A stretch of 64,000 bases of DNA from NCBI GenBank assembly GCA_963674695.2, contig CAXXGI010000003.1, forward strand, positions 768,001 through 832,000. Reading direction: 5' to 3'. The notes under the pieces were generated by a model, which saw only the letters and a program-made list of their open reading frames with translations, had not been told where the DNA came from and made no database searches. The translations under genes were made by a program, and so were the position numbers. Position 1 is the stretch's first letter; every line of letters begins with the position of its first letter. Positions 48,318 to 58,202 of the stretch are shown piece after piece. This DNA comes from a bacterium (lineage in GTDB: Bacteria; UBA10199; 2-02-FULL-44-16; JAAZCA01).

Positions 48318-49637
48318 ATGTCCCCCACTCGATCCTATCGCTATTGGCGCTGGCGCATGTTCCTCGGCATGTATGCGGGGTATGTGATCTATTACTTCAC
48401 GCGCAAGAATCTCGCGCCGGTCCTGCCGCTCTTCAGCAAAGAGCTCGGCATCTCCCTCATGGATCTGGGGATCCTGGGCAGCATCTTCTATGTGACCTAC
48501 GGCGTGGGAAAATTCATCAGCGGCTTGCTCGCCGATCGCTCCTCGATTCGCCTCTTCATGCCGGCGGGGCTCGCACTCGCCTCGATCACAAACATCCTCT
48601 TCTCCACGACCGAAACGCTCTGGCTGCTGGCCCTCCTCTGGGGACTCAACGGCGCCTTTCAGTCGATGGGGTTTCCGCCCGTGGCCAAGGGGCTGACCTC
48701 CTGGTTCAGCGCCAGCGAACGCGCGACCAAGTGGACGCTCTGGTCGAGCTCGCACACCGCCGGGACCTTTCTCATCGGAATCCTCGCGGCCGCCCTGATG
48801 CAGCACTATGGCTGGCGCAGCGCCTTTCTCGTCCCGGGCGTGCTGGGGCTCATCACCGCCGTACTGCTCTTCTTCACGCTGCGCGATCGGCCGCAATCGA
48901 TCGGCATGCCCTCCATTGAAACCTATCGCAACGACCCGGCCCCGGTGCAGGTTCCTGCGCACCTGACCCATTGGCAGATCCTGCGACGCTACGTCTTCGG
49001 GAACAGCTCGATCTGGTTGCTCTGTCTGGCCTACATCTTCGTCTATCTCATCCGTTTCGGCACGCTGGATTGGTCGACCAAGTTTCTCTACGACGTCCGC
49101 GGTATCGAACCCGTGCGCGTCGCCCTCATCTGGTCGCTCATGCCGCTGTTTGGCATGCCCGGCGGCATCGTCGCGGGCTGGATCGCCGACCGTTTCTTCC
49201 ATGGCCGCTGCGTCCCGATCACGATCATCTATCTGGTCCTGTTGGCGGCGAGCATCCTCGGCTTCTATCGTTTCGCCGGGCCCCAGAACATCGCCCTCAC
49301 CTGCGTCTTTCTCGCCGCCATCGGTTTCTTCGTCGACGGCCCGCAGAACCTCGTGGGGGGCGTGCAGGTCTCGCGCATCACCGCCCCGCAGGCCGTCTCG
49401 GCCGCCTGCGGACTGACGGGACTCTTCGGCTATATCGGCGCCATGCTCTCGGGCGTGGGCCTGGCCGCCATCACCGATGCCGCCGGATGGGCCGCGATGT
49501 TCGGGACCTGTATCATCAGCTGCGGCATCGCCGCCCTCCTGGTCAGCCTCACCTGGCGAGCGGAGCGCACACAGCAGCGAGAGCAATCGGCAGAACCAAC
49601 CCGCCTCGAACCCGCAATTGCGGAGAGCGGTATCTGA
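48318..49637 (+). CDS. MFS organophosphate:Pi antiporter family (UhpC/GlpT-like)
   Basis: YRYWR...GY...YFTRK, GKF.SG.LADR, NG.FQ.MG.PP, W.SSH..G, G..G.FGY.G. Confidence 0.9.
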   Translation: MSPTRSYRYWRWRMFLGMYAGYVIYYFTRKNLAPVLPLFSKELGISLMDLGILGSIFYVTYGVGKFISGLLADRSSIRLFMPAGLALASITNILFSTTETLWLLALLWGLNGAFQSMGFPPVAKGLTSWFSASERATKWTLWSSSHTAGTFLIGILAAALMQHYGWRSAFLVPGVLGLITAVLLFFTLRDRPQSIGMPSIETYRNDPAPVQVPAHLTHWQILRRYVFGNSSIWLLCLAYIFVYLIRFGTLDWSTKFLYDVRGIEPVRVALIWSLMPLFGMPGGIVAGWIADRFFHGRCVPITIIYLVLLAASILGFYRFAGPQNIALTCVFLAAIGFFVDGPQNLVGGVQVSRITAPQAVSAACGLTGLFGYIGAMLSGVGLAAITDAAGWAAMFGTCIISCGIAALLVSLTWRAERTQQREQSAEPTRLEPAIAESGI

Positions 49638-49665
49638 CAGCCACTATCAGAAAGGAACCCTCATC

Positions 49666-50406
49666 ATGGAAATAACCCCCTATCGCATTCCGTATGACAT
49701 CGACTATTTTCTCGATGGCTTCTGCAATGGGAGCGATCTGTTCAGCGACGTCTACGGCACGTCGGTGACGATGCTGCTCTCGGATCGCCGCTCCGCCTAT
49801 TTTTGTCCTGAAAAGCTCAAGGGCAGCTGGCGCATCTATGTCGATGCCAGCGGCACCGAACACCTGATCATACCGCCTGGAAAGCGCGACTCCCGGCCAA
49901 ATCACATCCTCGCATGGCCGCGTGCGCAGGACGTGCTCGCCTGTGGCGCCACAGCGCTGCCGCAGATATCGGTCGAACTCCGGAGTCGCAGCGCATATAA
50001 ACGACACCCAACGACGTCCTCGCCGGCCGTCCCACCCTTCGTCATCGAGCAAAAGCGGGAGAAGGGATGGTCCTTCCGCATCGACGCCCAAGGCGTTCAA
50101 TTCACTTCCGGATCGACGCGCTATATGTTTTCCACCGAGGACATCGCGCTGCAGGAACGTATCTGGGAGGATTGCACCTATGACTATGAACTTGGCCACG
50201 AATTCTGCACGACGCACCTCGGCGTCTTCACCCCGTACGCATCCGACCTGAGTCCCTTCATCGCCATCCTCGAAGAGGCCCGAGCGCAGGGCGATCCGGC
50301 CCAGGCCTCGAGCTTCGACTTCGCCATCGCGACGATCATGCAGTCGATGGAGAAACTCGCGGAGATCGACACCTTCGAACGGGCGTGTGGGGAGATCAAA
50401 GAATAG
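49666..50406 (+). CDS. Hypothetical protein (246 aa)
   Basis: AAAGGA RBS before ATG 49666; no family recognised. Confidence 0.6.
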   Translation: MEITPYRIPYDIDYFLDGFCNGSDLFSDVYGTSVTMLLSDRRSAYFCPEKLKGSWRIYVDASGTEHLIIPPGKRDSRPNHILAWPRAQDVLACGATALPQISVELRSRSAYKRHPTTSSPAVPPFVIEQKREKGWSFRIDAQGVQFTSGSTRYMFSTEDIALQERIWEDCTYDYELGHEFCTTHLGVFTPYASDLSPFIAILEEARAQGDPAQASSFDFAIATIMQSMEKLAEIDTFERACGEIKE

Positions 50407-50409
50407 GGC

Positions 50410-50465
50410 TGGATCCCCGATTACCCCCTCGGGGATGACAGACTCTCGTGCCCTCGGGGATGACA
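50410..50465. repeat. Palindromic repeat variant with duplicated end
   Basis: CTGGATCCCCGA...TCGGGGATGACA followed by a second CCCTCGGGGATGACA. Confidence 0.7.
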
Positions 50466-50467
50466 GC

Positions 50468-52126
50468 TCAGGACAGTTCGCGGGCGATCTCGACGATGCG
50501 CACGAGTTTGGCGTTGATCGTGCGAAACTGGCTCATGAGATCGAGGTGAATGGAGCTGGTATCGAAGCTCTCGCGCATCTTGTCGTGCAAGCGCATCAGG
50601 TGCGACTGCCGAAGCTCCAGTTCCACCTCATTGAGGTGATGGTCATGACGGATGACCTTGAGCGCAATATCCTCGTGAGGATGCGTGAGCATCGAGATGG
50701 TCAAATCGAAGTTCTGCAAGACCAGTTCGTGCAGATGTTTGATCTCCACCCAGCCTTCGTCGGAAAAACGCGTCCATTTCTTCCGCTTCTTGTGCGCCAG
50801 GAGAATGACTTCCTTGGAGATGACGTCGCCGATATCCTCGAGCTCTCCGGCGATCATGAGGAGCGAGACCTGCTGGATGGACTGCGATTCATTGAGCATC
50901 TTCTGTGAAATCTTCGCGAGATAGAAACGCACCGCTTTTTCGAGCAGATCGATCTTGTCGTCGGCGCTGGCCGTCTTCTCGGCGAGTCGGTCGATCTCCT
51001 CCTCATCCTTAAAGAGATCGAGCACGTGGGCAAACATCTCGTGCGCAATCTGCGCGATGCGCATCACCTCGCGCCGCACCTGGGCGAAGGCGAGCGCCGG
51101 CGTTGGCAGCGCCGCATCCTCCAGATACTTCGGCCGAAACGCCTCTTTCCGATGCGCCTGTTGCGGAACGATCTTTTTCACCATCCAGACAACGACGTTG
51201 GTGAACGGGAGGAAGAGCACCACCAGAAAGAGGTTGAACAGCAGATGGGAGAGCGCGATCTCGCCGCTGGTGCTCAGGTGCATCCACGTCATATCCGTCG
51301 AGAGATGCGCGTTGAACTGCATGATGAACTGCGCGATCTCACCGAGGAAGGGAAAGACGATCATCGCGCCGACGATCTTCATGAGCACGTGCGCCACCGC
51401 CACGCGCCGCCCCTCGACCCCCACCCCGAAACAGGCCAGCCCCGCGGTGATGCACGTACCGATGTTCGCGCCAAGGACGATGGGGAGTGCGGCCTCGAAC
51501 GTGATGGTACCCGAGAAGGAGAGCGCGATGGCCAGACCGATGGTGGCGGCCGAGGCCTGCACGATGCCAGTGAAAACCGTGGCGAAGATGAGATTGGCCA
51601 GGGGATTTTTCGCGAGGAATGTAAACGCCTGCATCGCCGCAGGGCTCTCGCGCAGGGGCACCGCCGCGGCCGACATCAGGTACATGCCGAAGAAGATCAT
51701 GCCAAAGCCGAGCACGATCGAACCGATGTAGCGCATCTTCTGGCTGCGCCCCAGGTGCGAGAGCAGCATTCCACCCGCGACGAGATAGAGCGCATAGCTC
51801 GTGATCTTTTGGAAGGAGAGCAGGACCACCACCAGCGTCGTGCCCACGCCGGCGCCCAGGATGACGCCGATGGCCTGCACGAGCGTGAGCAGCTGCGTCT
51901 CGACAAAACTCACGAGTAAGACGGTCGTCGCGCTCGAACTCTGCAGCATGACGGTGATGGACGCGCCGAGCCCCAGCGCGAAGAGGCGATTCTGCGTGAG
52001 CCTTCCCATCAAGGCGCGCAACCGCTCGCCGGCGGCCAGCTGCAGCCCCTGGCGCGCTGAGGTCAGTCCGAAGAAGAAAAAAGCCAATCCGCCGATCATC
52101 GATGCCCAGCCAAAACTCACATCCAT
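50468..52126 (-). CDS. Na+/phosphate cotransporter with PhoU-like C-terminus
   Basis: QSSSATT and QASAAT repeats, GA.VGTT/GANIGT, helical ELEDIGD region. Confidence 0.92.
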   Translation of the reverse strand: MDVSFGWASMIGGLAFFFFGLTSARQGLQLAAGERLRALMGRLTQNRLFALGLGASITVMLQSSSATTVLLVSFVETQLLTLVQAIGVILGAGVGTTLVVVLLSFQKITSYALYLVAGGMLLSHLGRSQKMRYIGSIVLGFGMIFFGMYLMSAAAVPLRESPAAMQAFTFLAKNPLANLIFATVFTGIVQASAATIGLAIALSFSGTITFEAALPIVLGANIGTCITAGLACFGVGVEGRRVAVAHVLMKIVGAMIVFPFLGEIAQFIMQFNAHLSTDMTWMHLSTSGEIALSHLLFNLFLVVLFLPFTNVVVWMVKKIVPQQAHRKEAFRPKYLEDAALPTPALAFAQVRREVMRIAQIAHEMFAHVLDLFKDEEEIDRLAEKTASADDKIDLLEKAVRFYLAKISQKMLNESQSIQQVSLLMIAGELEDIGDVISKEVILLAHKKRKKWTRFSDEGWVEIKHLHELVLQNFDLTISMLTHPHEDIALKVIRHDHHLNEVELELRQSHLMRLHDKMRESFDTSSIHLDLMSQFRTINAKLVRIVEIARELS

Positions 52127-52345
52127 CGGGAAACTCCTGCGTTATAAGCGGTGAGGGCGAAGAATAGCACTGCCCCTCTCCGATGAAAAGGATGAGGTCG
52201 CAAATGCCCTCAATACCTCGCCCACACCCCCTTTTTAACCGTTTCTGAACAGATTTAACCTAATCCAAACTGGTTCAAACCCCCAATCATTTTGTACACA
52301 TAGCTCATCACGGCTGACAATGATTCAGCACTTTTCGCTCAAGAG

Positions 52346-55261
52346 ATGCAACCGATGACGAACTCCTTATCCGACTTTTCCGCCGATCCCCTCCACCGGG
52401 TCTATCAGCAGGCGCTCGATCTGCACCAGGAAGAACTCGAACTCGCTCGCGCCATTCCACCGCTCGCGCAAAAAAAGCGCGAGACCGATGCGTTCATATC
52501 ATTACAGAGCCAACAATCGATGGGGGGCAGATCACTCTTCGCCCCCATCGCGGGACCTCGTCTCTCCGCCATCGGTCGCGCACATGAATACGAGCTGCTT
52601 CTCTCCGAAAAGAAGGCGCGCCTTGAACTCCTGCGCGAACAGCGCCAGCAGACCGTCCTCGAACTGCTGACAATCGCCGAAGCCGAATGGATACCGGGCG
52701 ATCGAACATCCTCCGAGAGTCATCGGTTCAATGAACGAACGCGTCTGGCCCGTCTCGCCCTTCAATTCGGTTCGGAAGCGTTGGCCGCAGAGCAGCTCGA
52801 GCTCGCGGCCGACATCGCGCCTGATGCGGCCAGCGCCCTCTTTCTCAAACTGCGCGCCCATGCCCTGTCGACCGCGCCCTGGGACGGTCCGGATATCCTG
52901 TCCACCATCGCTGCTCTGCGTGATCGGGGCGATGAGCGCTGGCGTCTCCTGCTGCCGACCTATGCGCTCTCGATCCATCGACATCAGCAACGGGAGCAGA
53001 CAGATCCCAAGCGCATGGACGTCACTGAGGCCCACTTCCTCTCGCTTCTGCACAACCGACTCGACGCAAATAACGTCTTTGTGCCCCCGTTGTCGAGTAC
53101 CGAAACGCTGATGTGGCTCGACGTGCTCACCCAGATCGTTCGTCGAAAGGCCTCGAGCATTCCCGAAACCCCCCGTGATGAACGCGACGCCATCACCGAT
53201 GCAATCAGATCCATTACTGCCGACGCGTATCATCTGGCCTCACCCTTCTTCCAGTACTCCGACAACGCGGCCGCACCATTTCGGACTGAACTCGGTGCGG
53301 CAACCGTTCCGATCGATGTGACCGAACAGCTCTTCGCCCGCGATGATGTGTCCGGCGCAACTGACGTGCGCGAAGGGCTGGTTGCCTTTCTCGCGGAGGC
53401 GCACGTCTTCGCCGATATTGTGAGCGAACACCCGGCACGGGCGATCGAACAGTTCGACGAAATCAAAAGCAGATTTCCCGATACAAAAGCCATCGAAACC
53501 TTCGAACGTGGCATCTGCACACAGTTTGACCGGCTCTGCACCGATGGCAAACTCATCACCCGCCAGGACAAGGCATTCGAAGCGATGCTCACGACATCGT
53601 TCGGTCACATCGACGATCTGGACGCCACCTCCGAGCTGGGCCTCACCGCCGGAGGCGGTGCGGCCGGACTGCTGGCCTGCTACGGCCTGGGACTGTCCGG
53701 CGGCTTTGTCGGAGAAGGCATTGCCATTCCGACCTGCAGTCTGCTCTTCACCGGCGGCATGCTGACCGCCTGGGGAGGCGTACGCGGGTACAATATCTAT
53801 GCCGCACGCGAAGAGATCGCTGAATCCTCTCTCTCGGGATTGAGCCTGATCGATCCGAGCGCAGCGGCCCTGCGCGCGCAATCCCTTCCCATGGATGCCG
53901 GACTGATGGCGATGCTGGGGCTCATCGGCGGCGGTTTCAGCGGATCGGTGAAGTCAGCCGGACAGGCCGTCTATACGGGCACCATACAGCGCGGACTTGC
54001 TAAGGGCCTCGACGCCTATGCGCGTTTCATCAACCGTCCTTCGGTCCTGGTCGGCTCCGGGGTGCTCGCCGTAGCGGATGTTGGACTCGTCGACGCCGAC
54101 TATGATTTCGCGTGGGAGCAGGACTACGCCTTCGACGGCTTCTCCCATTGGTGGGGATTCATTCCGGCGACGATGGTCCTCGGCAATGCCGCGGCACAGA
54201 AGATTCCCTTCATCGCCCTAGATGCAAAGGGAAGCGCGGTGGCCACAATGGTGACCACCGGCATGCAGTTCTTCATCCAGTCCGACGGAGGCAGCGACCC
54301 GGACTATTTCGACTACAACCGGGCCTTGAGCCGTTACGCCTACTCCATGGTCGGCACCGCCGTCGGCAAGAAATCGCTGGGATACGTCGCCTCAAATCCA
54401 AAGAATGTCCTTCGTTGGGTCGGCACAAACGGCTCGAGCAATCCGGTGCTCACCCTCCGCGGAAAATTTCTCTTCGGCACCAGCAACATCCTGGCGATGG
54501 GCGCGATCAACTATGTCACCGCCGACGCGCAGGGTGTGGATGCCGACAACTCGACGATCGCGCGTTCGATCGACAAGGTGATCACCGAATTCGCTATCTC
54601 GCCGCTCCAGGCTCGACTCGGTTTCGACGGGCCGCTGGGGCTCCTCACGCGAAAGACACTCGGCTCATTGGTCGAGGGCGCCATCAATACGCTCTGTAAT
54701 ATGTACGAGGATCAGAGTCTCTATCAGAAACCCTTGCGCATCTATCTTGATACCGATCGCGCCGAACACGATCAGCTCATAAACGATCCCGACATGCGCC
54801 AGAAGCTCCTGTCCATGATGCGGCGTGGCACCATGGTGCGCGGTGCGAGCCATCCCCTCTCGCGCCGATTCTCCGAGGTGACCACCGAAAATCTCTTCCG
54901 CATCTATGCGAATCTCCCCTCCACGGAAAAAACTCAATACCACCAATTGCTCCGCCTGTATGTCGAAGACTGCGCACAAGGACAGCTGACCAAGGATGAA
55001 GAGCGAACGCTTCAGCTGATGATCGCCGCGGTCCTCTCGGACATCGGGCTCACGGTGCAGGACCACCGCAACATGCGCATCGACCTAATCAACCCCGACC
55101 TTGCCGCGACGGTAACGATCCCCTATAGAGATGCGCCGTCCACATCGATTCCGCTCACCGTCGATCACAAGCGTTTCTCGACGATGCTCAACAACGGCGA
55201 CTACGACAATCTGATCCCGGCGGTTCGAATCACCGTGCCATCGGCAGAAGAAAAACAATAA
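52346..55261 (+). CDS. Orphan 971-aa protein with Gly-rich hydrophobic helices
   Basis: Long ORF; helical N-half; GLTAGGGAAGLL...GGFVG segments; start uncertain. Confidence 0.7.
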   Translation: MQPMTNSLSDFSADPLHRVYQQALDLHQEELELARAIPPLAQKKRETDAFISLQSQQSMGGRSLFAPIAGPRLSAIGRAHEYELLLSEKKARLELLREQRQQTVLELLTIAEAEWIPGDRTSSESHRFNERTRLARLALQFGSEALAAEQLELAADIAPDAASALFLKLRAHALSTAPWDGPDILSTIAALRDRGDERWRLLLPTYALSIHRHQQREQTDPKRMDVTEAHFLSLLHNRLDANNVFVPPLSSTETLMWLDVLTQIVRRKASSIPETPRDERDAITDAIRSITADAYHLASPFFQYSDNAAAPFRTELGAATVPIDVTEQLFARDDVSGATDVREGLVAFLAEAHVFADIVSEHPARAIEQFDEIKSRFPDTKAIETFERGICTQFDRLCTDGKLITRQDKAFEAMLTTSFGHIDDLDATSELGLTAGGGAAGLLACYGLGLSGGFVGEGIAIPTCSLLFTGGMLTAWGGVRGYNIYAAREEIAESSLSGLSLIDPSAAALRAQSLPMDAGLMAMLGLIGGGFSGSVKSAGQAVYTGTIQRGLAKGLDAYARFINRPSVLVGSGVLAVADVGLVDADYDFAWEQDYAFDGFSHWWGFIPATMVLGNAAAQKIPFIALDAKGSAVATMVTTGMQFFIQSDGGSDPDYFDYNRALSRYAYSMVGTAVGKKSLGYVASNPKNVLRWVGTNGSSNPVLTLRGKFLFGTSNILAMGAINYVTADAQGVDADNSTIARSIDKVITEFAISPLQARLGFDGPLGLLTRKTLGSLVEGAINTLCNMYEDQSLYQKPLRIYLDTDRAEHDQLINDPDMRQKLLSMMRRGTMVRGASHPLSRRFSEVTTENLFRIYANLPSTEKTQYHQLLRLYVEDCAQGQLTKDEERTLQLMIAAVLSDIGLTVQDHRNMRIDLINPDLAATVTIPYRDAPSTSIPLTVDHKRFSTMLNNGDYDNLIPAVRITVPSAEEKQ

Positions 55262-55273
55262 GGAGCATCCTTC

Positions 55274-55897
55274 ATGACCAGACGAGTACTGCATAGCATC
55301 ATTGGTCTTGCGATTGCCATCGCGTTTGCATCCCCTGCATGGGGAGTGCCTCCGGAAAAGATTGCGGCGAAAAACGCCGATGGCACCGTGAACGCCTTCA
55401 TCGAAATCCCGGCCGGGACGAACGAGAAATGGGAGGTACAACAATCCTCCGGAAAGCTCGAGATCGAGCGCAAGGACGGCAAGCCGCGCGTCGTCGCCTA
55501 TCTCGGCTATCCGGGAAACTACGGCTTCATCCCACAGACCGTGCAGTCAGCGGAGACCGGAGGCGACGGTGATCCGCTCGATGTGCTCGTCATCGGCGGA
55601 CCTGCCGAACGCGGCAGCGTCGTGCGGGCAAAACTCATCGGCGTGCTCACCCTCACCGACACCGGTGAACGCGACGACAAACTCATCGCCGTCATGCCCG
55701 GCACCGCATTCGCGTCCCTCGATTCCATTGCGGCACTGAATGCGAAATACCCGGGAGTCACGACGATCATCGAGACGTGGTTCATGCATTACAAGGGCCC
55801 TGGCCGCATCGTCTCGAAGGGGTTCGCCCCAGCCACGAAAGCAAACGCCGCCCTTGCAGAGGCCATCGCCGCCCATTCCGCCACACAGGCGAAGTGA
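55274..55897 (+). CDS. Family I inorganic pyrophosphatase with signal peptide
   Basis: EIP.G...K.E, YPGNYGFIPQT, DGDPLDV, D.K; N-terminal MTRR-hydrophobic-AWG. Confidence 0.9.
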   Translation: MTRRVLHSIIGLAIAIAFASPAWGVPPEKIAAKNADGTVNAFIEIPAGTNEKWEVQQSSGKLEIERKDGKPRVVAYLGYPGNYGFIPQTVQSAETGGDGDPLDVLVIGGPAERGSVVRAKLIGVLTLTDTGERDDKLIAVMPGTAFASLDSIAALNAKYPGVTTIIETWFMHYKGPGRIVSKGFAPATKANAALAEAIAAHSATQAK

Positions 55898-55979
55898 GTA
55901 TTTCCGTTGGACAATGACATTCTTGCACTCCCCTTTTTGTTCGGTGTAGGCTCTCCACCACCAAACAGGGAGATATCTG

Positions 55980-56669
55980 GTGACCAAACGACGCATCCTC
56001 GTCGTGGATGACGAGGAGGACATTCAGGAGTTGGTGCGCTATAACCTCGAACGCGATGGCTTCGACGTCACCTGCGTCGATTCCGGGCCGACCGCGCTCG
56101 AAGCAGTGGCGGTGGCTCCGCCGGATCTGATCGTGCTGGACCTCATGCTCCCGGTCATCGACGGCCTGGAGGTCTGCCGTCGCCTCAAACAGAACGACAA
56201 GACCGCCGGCATTCCGATCGTGATGGTCACCGCCAAGGTCGAGGACGCGGATATCGTCTCGGGCCTGGAACTGGGGGCGGACGACTACATCACCAAACCC
56301 TTCAGCCCGCGCGTGCTCATCGCCCGCATCCGGGCGGTCTTCCGGCGCCAGCAGGAATCGACCACGAACATCGAGAAACCGATCGTCATCAATTCGCTCA
56401 CCATCGACCCGGCCCGACGCTCGGTCACGGTGGAAGAGCACTCAATCGAACTGACGGCAACGGAGTTCAGCATCCTCTCCTTTCTCGCCCAGCACCCCGG
56501 CTATGTCTTCACGCGCAATCGCATCATCCTGGCGGTCAAAGGCGAAGGCTATCCGGTGACCGACCGTTCGGTCGACGTCCAGATCGTGAGCCTGCGCCGC
56601 AAGCTGGGAGCAACGGGACAACTCATCGAAACCGTACGCGGCGTCGGCTATCGATTTCAGGAGCGTTGA
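55980..56669 (+). CDS. phoB: OmpR/PhoB-family response regulator
   Basis: VVDDE, LDLMLP, GADDYITKPF, R.VDV.I..LR.KL, TVRG.GY; phosphate-gene context. Confidence 0.8.
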   Translation: MTKRRILVVDDEEDIQELVRYNLERDGFDVTCVDSGPTALEAVAVAPPDLIVLDLMLPVIDGLEVCRRLKQNDKTAGIPIVMVTAKVEDADIVSGLELGADDYITKPFSPRVLIARIRAVFRRQQESTTNIEKPIVINSLTIDPARRSVTVEEHSIELTATEFSILSFLAQHPGYVFTRNRIILAVKGEGYPVTDRSVDVQIVSLRRKLGATGQLIETVRGVGYRFQER

Positions 56670-58105
56670 TGCGAACCAGCAAGCGCCTGCTCTGGCAACT
56701 CTATCCGATCAGCCTCATCTTCGTCCTCATCGCCGTCATCGCCTTCGGCGTGCTCGCCTATGGTGCGTTCACCTCATTCGCCAAGAGCACCACCGCCCGA
56801 AACCTCGAAACTCAGACGCTTCTCGTACGCGACCTACTGCGGCCTGCAATCCTGACCGATGATGACACACGGCTCCAGGCACGCTGTCGCTCGATCGGAG
56901 CAAAGATCGACACGCGCATCACCGTCATCGGTGAATCCGGGACCGTACGATGCGACTCACTTCACGATCCAGCGCACATGGACAATCATGCTGACCGACC
57001 GGAAGTGACCGCCGCGCTTGAGGGGCAAGACGGACAATCGATGCGCTACAGCGCTACCGCGCAGATGGAGATGCTCTACAACGCCCTGCCGCTTCGCCTC
57101 GACGACACACACATCGCCATCGTGCGCACATCGATGCCGATGGTGACCCTGCTGCACTCGCCGCGTCTGTTCGCCCTGACCCTTGCTGTGGCAGGCGTGC
57201 TCATCCTCGCATTGACAGCGATCTTCGCCTGGATCGCGACACGCCGCATCGCCCAACCACTGGGCGTCATTCAGGACGGAGCGCAGCGTTTTTCGCGTGG
57301 AGACTTGAGCTATCGTCTTCCGCGCATCGGCTCACGTGAATGCCAGACCATCGTCCATTCGCTGAACCAGATGGCTACAGAGATCGAATCGCGCCTCCAG
57401 ACCATCCGAAAACTCGAGCAGATGCGGCGTGAATTTGTCGGCAATGTCTCGCACGAACTCATGACGCCGATCACCGCCATCATCGGATTCGTCGAAACGC
57501 TACGCGACGGCGCCCTGGATGACCCCGACCGGGCACAGGATTTTCTTCGGATCATCGGACGTCACGCCAAACGGCTGCGCGCGATCGTGGGCGATCTGCT
57601 CAGCCTCTCGCGCATTGAGCAGGATGAGGAATCGAACGACATTCGATTAGAGTCGATCGTACTGGGCGATATCATCACCTCGGCCATCGAAATCTGCCGA
57701 CCCAAAGCGGACGATCAACAGATGACCCTCCTCACCGAAATCGATCCGAGCATCGAGATCATGGCCAACGCCATTTTGACCGAGCAGGCCATCGTCAACC
57801 TCGTCGACAACGCCATCAAGTACAGCGATGCAAACGACCGCGTCTGGATCCGAGCTCGACGAGAAGATAACGAGGTTCTCATCGAGATCGAGGACGAAGG
57901 CATCGGCATCCCCTCCGACCAGATTCCCCGCCTCTTCGAGCGATTCTACCGTGTTGAAAAGGCGCGCAGCCGTCGCCAGGGAGGTACCGGCCTCGGATTG
58001 GCCATCGTCAAACACATCATCCATTCCATGGGCGGCTCTATCGCGGTGGCGAGCACCCCGGGCGTCGGCAGCACCTTCACCCTCCATCTGAAGCCCTCAC
58101 CTTGA
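56669..58105 (+). CDS. phoR: PhoR-like sensor histidine kinase
   Basis: MDNH..RPEV periplasmic motif, HAMP, NVSHEL.TP, NAIKY, RLFERFYRV, GTGLGLAIVKH. Confidence 0.8.
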   Translation: MRTSKRLLWQLYPISLIFVLIAVIAFGVLAYGAFTSFAKSTTARNLETQTLLVRDLLRPAILTDDDTRLQARCRSIGAKIDTRITVIGESGTVRCDSLHDPAHMDNHADRPEVTAALEGQDGQSMRYSATAQMEMLYNALPLRLDDTHIAIVRTSMPMVTLLHSPRLFALTLAVAGVLILALTAIFAWIATRRIAQPLGVIQDGAQRFSRGDLSYRLPRIGSRECQTIVHSLNQMATEIESRLQTIRKLEQMRREFVGNVSHELMTPITAIIGFVETLRDGALDDPDRAQDFLRIIGRHAKRLRAIVGDLLSLSRIEQDEESNDIRLESIVLGDIITSAIEICRPKADDQQMTLLTEIDPSIEIMANAILTEQAIVNLVDNAIKYSDANDRVWIRARREDNEVLIEIEDEGIGIPSDQIPRLFERFYRVEKARSRRQGGTGLGLAIVKHIIHSMGGSIAVASTPGVGSTFTLHLKPSP

Positions 58106-58202
58106 CAAAAGCGGCGTATAACTGTTAGGACTCCCCGGATCAGACGTGCGTCGGATAATTTCCAGCGTTTCGCGACAGAACAAAAAAGAGGAGAAATTCC
58201 GC

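Noticed and set aside
58102-58123. TTGACA...TATAAC sigma70 promoter
   Set aside because: The hexamers are only about 10 nt apart, not 16-18.
58152-58178. Further copies of the shared promoter motif before the UGPase (also before treY, 49666 and 52346)
   Set aside because: Only a -10-like or degenerate half is present and the GCAAC element is missing at the required spacing, so they were not counted.
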